From: Candidatus Saccharimonadia bacterium
GTDB lineage: Bacteria > Patescibacteriota > Saccharimonadia > UBA4664
Direction: 5' to 3'
DNA: 64,000 bases
Assembly: GCA_035544015.1 (NCBI GenBank)
Contig: DATKIP010000076.1
Coordinates: 192,299-256,298, forward strand
Made by a program: the position numbers and the translations under genes. A model generated the notes under the pieces. It did no database searches and was not told the origin of the DNA. It worked only from the letters and a program-made list of their open reading frames with translations. Of the stretch, positions 60,281 to 64,000 are shown piece after piece (the stretch's first letter is position 1; each line of letters starts with the position of its first letter).

Positions 60281-61560
60281 CCGCCCAGCCCAAAACCATC
60301 CTCATCACCCACGTCTACTCCAGCGACAACAAGGGCGACGCCGCGCTCACCAGCGTCTTAATCCAAGACCTCAAGCGGAAATTCCCGAGCGCCACTCTTA
60401 CCATCCTCAAGCTTGAATCCGTCGAGCCGGGCGGGCGGTTTGAGGGCGTGCCCGAAAAACCCAGCTTCATGTATTACGTGGCCAATCGATACCGCCACCC
60501 GCTCCTCAAGCTCGCCTACGCCCTCGCCATGATGGCCGCCACTTTGGCGTGGGCGGCCTGGTATCGCCTCACGGGCTGGCACGGCTATTTGCCGCCGCAT
60601 CTGCGCCACATCGCTCGGCTCTACGAGCAGGCCGACCTCATCGTGCCGGTGGGCGGTGGCTACATCCGCAGCCGCCAGGGGCTCGTGATGCGCTTCAATG
60701 TCCCGCTGCTGCTCCATCCGTTGCTGTTTGGCTACCTGTTGCGCAAACCCACCGTGCTGTATTCGCAGTCCATCGGCCCATTTCACGGCCGGCTCGACGA
60801 GCGATTGGTGGCCTTTGTGCTCCGGCGCATGACGCTCATTCTCCTGCGCGAGGACACCTCCGCCGCCCTATTAAAAGATTTAGGCGTCACGCGCAACGTT
60901 AAACGCGCCATCGACTCCGGCTTTCTGCTCACAAGCTCGCACAAAGCAGATATTCGCAACCAATATCACATTCCAGCCGACCGGCTGTTGGTGGGCGTCA
61001 CGGTACGGTCGTGGCTAAAGGGGGAGGCCCAACGCACCTACGAAGCCGCCGTCGCGGCCGCCCTAGACGACCTCCTCGAAACCTCGGCCGCGCATGTCAT
61101 ATTCATCCCCCAGGTCACGGCCAACAAAGGCGACGACGATCGCGTGGTCAGCCATCGAGTGCGCGACCTCATGCATCATCCCGCGGCCACCACCGTCGTC
61201 GATGGCACACCCGATCACCACCGCATCAAAGCCCTGTACGACAACCTCGATATCCTCCTCGGCACGCGCTTCCACTCTGTGATCTTCTCGCTTACCTCCT
61301 ACGTACCCGTGCTAGCCATCGAGTACGAGCACAAAACCAGCGGCATTATGCACGACCTCAAACTCGATCGCTGGGTCATAAAGATCGAAGACGTCACGTC
61401 GGCCAAGCTTATCGAGCAGTTGCACAGGCTCGTGCGAGAACAGCCCCATTATCGCGCCCATCTGCGCAAATACCTGCCGCAATATATCTTGCGGGCCGAG
61501 AAAACCGTCGACATGCTCGCAGATAGCTACTTTGCCGCGGCTCAGTATCGCGCAAAATAA
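60277..61560 (+). CDS. Polysaccharide pyruvyl transferase (WcaK/AmsJ-like)
   Basis: NKGDAA, GGGY, QSIGPF, LREDTS, GTRFHSVI, AIEYEHKT. Confidence 0.9.
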   Translation: MTAQPKTILITHVYSSDNKGDAALTSVLIQDLKRKFPSATLTILKLESVEPGGRFEGVPEKPSFMYYVANRYRHPLLKLAYALAMMAATLAWAAWYRLTGWHGYLPPHLRHIARLYEQADLIVPVGGGYIRSRQGLVMRFNVPLLLHPLLFGYLLRKPTVLYSQSIGPFHGRLDERLVAFVLRRMTLILLREDTSAALLKDLGVTRNVKRAIDSGFLLTSSHKADIRNQYHIPADRLLVGVTVRSWLKGEAQRTYEAAVAAALDDLLETSAAHVIFIPQVTANKGDDDRVVSHRVRDLMHHPAATTVVDGTPDHHRIKALYDNLDILLGTRFHSVIFSLTSYVPVLAIEYEHKTSGIMHDLKLDRWVIKIEDVTSAKLIEQLHRLVREQPHYRAHLRKYLPQYILRAEKTVDMLADSYFAAAQYRAK

Positions 61561-61578
61561 GCATAATGGAGATAAACC

Positions 61579-62091
61579 ATGACCCAGCCTATCCAAAATC
61601 GACTAGCAACCCATGTTGCCATCCTGCGCCTGGCGTTTGGCGCCATTTGGGCCGTCAACGCCGCCCTGAAATGGATGCCTTCGTTCGCGAGCAGCTTTCT
61701 CGATTCCGTTAACGGTGGCGCCCAAGGCCAGCCGGCTTGGTTGGGCCCATGGTTTCATTTTTGGAGCCAAGTTTTAGGCAGCCAGCCCCAGGCTTTTGCC
61801 AGCCTGGTGGCGGTCCTCGAGAGCGCGATAGCAATAGCGTTGATTACTGGCTTTGCCCGGCGAACCATCTATCTTGGCGCCGCCGCCATGAGCCTGCTTA
61901 TCTGGGCGATTCCTCAGGGATTTGGCGGCCCCTACACGAGCGCCTCGACCGACATCGGAGCCGGGATCGTCTACGCGATGGTCTTCTTTGCCCTTTATGG
62001 GCTAGAGAGGCTGGCAACACCCGCGCGCTGGGCGGTCGATAATCTCATCATCCGCAAGCTGCCATGGTGGAGCGTCGTCGCCAGCCCTTAG
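61579..62091 (+). CDS. DoxX / TQO-small-subunit-like membrane protein
   Basis: LRLAFGAIW...LKW, ESAIAIALITG, GFGGPY, TDIGAG. Confidence 0.7.
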   Translation: MTQPIQNRLATHVAILRLAFGAIWAVNAALKWMPSFASSFLDSVNGGAQGQPAWLGPWFHFWSQVLGSQPQAFASLVAVLESAIAIALITGFARRTIYLGAAAMSLLIWAIPQGFGGPYTSASTDIGAGIVYAMVFFALYGLERLATPARWAVDNLIIRKLPWWSVVASP

Positions 62092-64000
62092 CCGATCACC
62101 GAATAGTCAAAATTCAAAATCGACCCGCCCTGCAGCGCCGCGCGCGTAGAGATCGTAAACCCCGTAGTGCTGCGTGCCGACACGTACAGCGCCGCCGCCA
62201 CCGCCGAGTGATCGGTAATCATAATGCTCAGCGGCGTCGCCAGAAACGCGCGCGAAAACGCCACTGTGCAAATCACCCCCGCCGCGGTGGGGGAGGGCCG
62301 CACCGCGGCCGAAATATTGCCGGCGATGTCGCGCACCTGTATCCCGGGGTTGGCGTACGTCACTTGCGCGCCCGCCGTCACGCGCGCCGGCGTCCCCACC
62401 CCCAACGGCCGGCCGTTCGAATCAATCGCCAATCCCTGGATGTTGTACGTCTCATCCTGAAACTCCATCAGCCGATTCGTTGCTACGCTCGAGGGCCGCA
62501 CAATCGCCAGCCCCTTGTCCCCGTCGGCCGCCGCGCGGATCAGCATCGATATATTCGTGACCGGAGTAGAATTTATCCCCACATACCCCTTCGTGGCCTC
62601 GATCTGAAATTTCCCGGCCGCAAACCGTGCCGCCCCACTAGCCCCCACCACGCGCCACTTTTCGGTCGCATACGCATCGGAGAACCCGGCCGTATCCACG
62701 CCGTTGGGCACTATCAGCGCCGGCCGCGTGGAGTTGGCATCCACCTTCACTAAGTCTTTGCCCGTGACGTGATCCGTCACGCGAAACGACGCCGGTGCAT
62801 GAATCGGCAGCTCCAGCCCCATATGCGGGTCGCCTTCGAGCATCGTGGTGGCCTCGCCCATGATATCCTCGCCGCGGTTGATCCAAATGCACGCCACCAT
62901 CACCTCGGTGGCTGCCGGCTCAATGAAGAATGTGGCTTGTGCCGGGTCTTCGGTGGGGTAAAACGTACTGACCTCGTGATACATGTGTGGAGTGCCGCCC
63001 AGAACATGCGTCAGGCTGTTCGCCAGCCCCGTAGCGAAGCCCCATTGCACGTACACGTTTGTCATAAAGATTTGCGTGCCCGAATCCTCAATGGCGTTAA
63101 TGGGCGTGCTGTACCCAGTATCAAAGGCCATCATCGCCATATACAGTTGACTCACATAGACGACTGTGCAGCCGTCCGCTATCTGAAACGCCGCCCCGGC
63201 CAGCACCGACGATTCCATTTTGCACGCCACCATGAAAATGCCATTCAATTTGCTTGCCGATCCGTTGGCCGCACCATCGAGCCGCAACGCTCCGTTGCGA
63301 AAACCCTCCCAGCGACACGTTACAAAGTGGATCTGATTCGTATTATCAAGGCTATATCCAAAGCTTCCCACGGGTAGACTATTGCGCAGGAGCGTAGCCG
63401 GTGCGCTTGCGCTGCCACAATCCTCCCAGGCGCAGCTTTCAAAGCGCGTATCCCAGACCTCCGCCAGGTCCACTGCTGTACCCTGGCAGTGAATAAAATT
63501 AAGATCACGGAAAATAAAGTTATCAGCGTAGTACGAACGAACCAAGAGCCCCGGCAACCCGCCACCGTCGATCATCAAGTTGGTGAGCGAGCAATATCGC
63601 AAATGCCCAATCGTGGTCGCCGTGCCGCTGATATCAATGAGCGGCGCCGTGCCGCTCAAGCGTACCAGCCGCGTCCCAAACCGCGCCGCCCCCGACAGCG
63701 CCGTGCCTTTATTGCTAATCTTGAGCCCCCGGATCATAAACACCCCCCGCGGGAATTCCACCAGACCCCCGCCCACCGCCGCGTTTATCGCAGCCTGGAT
63801 GGCGTTGGTGTCGTCGGTCACCCCGTCGCCGACCGCGCCATAATCCGCCACGTTAATCGCCAGCTGCTGCGATGGCGGCAGCGCCACATCTCCCGCCGAC
63901 TTCCACACCAGGTCGTTGCCATTGTTGGATAGGACCAGATTGTTCAGGTTGGCTCCGGTTGGATTGGTGGTGCGCATATGGCGAATCCCAATCGACCGAC
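62088..64000 (-). CDS. Pectate-lyase-3 / right-handed beta-helix protein (probably 5' partial)
   Basis: INVADYGAVGDGVTDDTNAIQAAI motif and beta-helix repeats; frame is open past ATG 63977 to the window edge. Confidence 0.8.
   Translation of the reverse strand, partial: RSIGIRHMRTTNPTGANLNNLVLSNNGNDLVWKSAGDVALPPSQQLAINVADYGAVGDGVTDDTNAIQAAINAAVGGGLVEFPRGVFMIRGLKISNKGTALSGAARFGTRLVRLSGTAPLIDISGTATTIGHLRYCSLTNLMIDGGGLPGLLVRSYYADNFIFRDLNFIHCQGTAVDLAEVWDTRFESCAWEDCGSASAPATLLRNSLPVGSFGYSLDNTNQIHFVTCRWEGFRNGALRLDGAANGSASKLNGIFMVACKMESSVLAGAAFQIADGCTVVYVSQLYMAMMAFDTGYSTPINAIEDSGTQIFMTNVYVQWGFATGLANSLTHVLGGTPHMYHEVSTFYPTEDPAQATFFIEPAATEVMVACIWINRGEDIMGEATTMLEGDPHMGLELPIHAPASFRVTDHVTGKDLVKVDANSTRPALIVPNGVDTAGFSDAYATEKWRVVGASGAARFAAGKFQIEATKGYVGINSTPVTNISMLIRAAADGDKGLAIVRPSSVATNRLMEFQDETYNIQGLAIDSNGRPLGVGTPARVTAGAQVTYANPGIQVRDIAGNISAAVRPSPTAAGVICTVAFSRAFLATPLSIMITDHSAVAAALYVSARSTTGFTISTRAALQGGSILNFDYSVIG

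Overview
This is a GC-rich bacterial chromosome segment, most likely from Candidatus Saccharibacteria (TM7, Patescibacteria/CPR). That assignment is inferred from gene order (baseplate-J-like gene, ruvX, mltG; yceD, rpmF, nusB, NUDIX, rnc; short smc; rpsP, khpA, trmD without rimM) and from a structured leader in front of a LysM-CHAP gene. Positions 1-44.7 kb carry housekeeping genes (obgE, glnA, murA, murF, leuS, rnc, smc, trmD, three tRNAs) mixed with accessory genes (hicBA, an FG-GAP protein, tdh/kbl, a two-domain multicopper oxidase, Ni-SOD with a fused maturation protease). After tRNA-Gln(CTG) a lower-GC island begins, in which short gene blocks are separated by copies of the tRNA 3' end (CCCCAGCCA). 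It is followed by tatAC, a two-component system and the most notable locus: an exosortase/archaeosortase-family gene inside a tandem array of small secreted two-cysteine proteins that end in a (V/I)PE(Y/F)-transmembrane-basic tail, with a polysaccharide pyruvyl transferase downstream. Three orphan PadR genes, each preceded by a long inverted repeat, lie tail-to-tail with cell-wall genes. All calls come from motifs read in the sequence; no database search was run.
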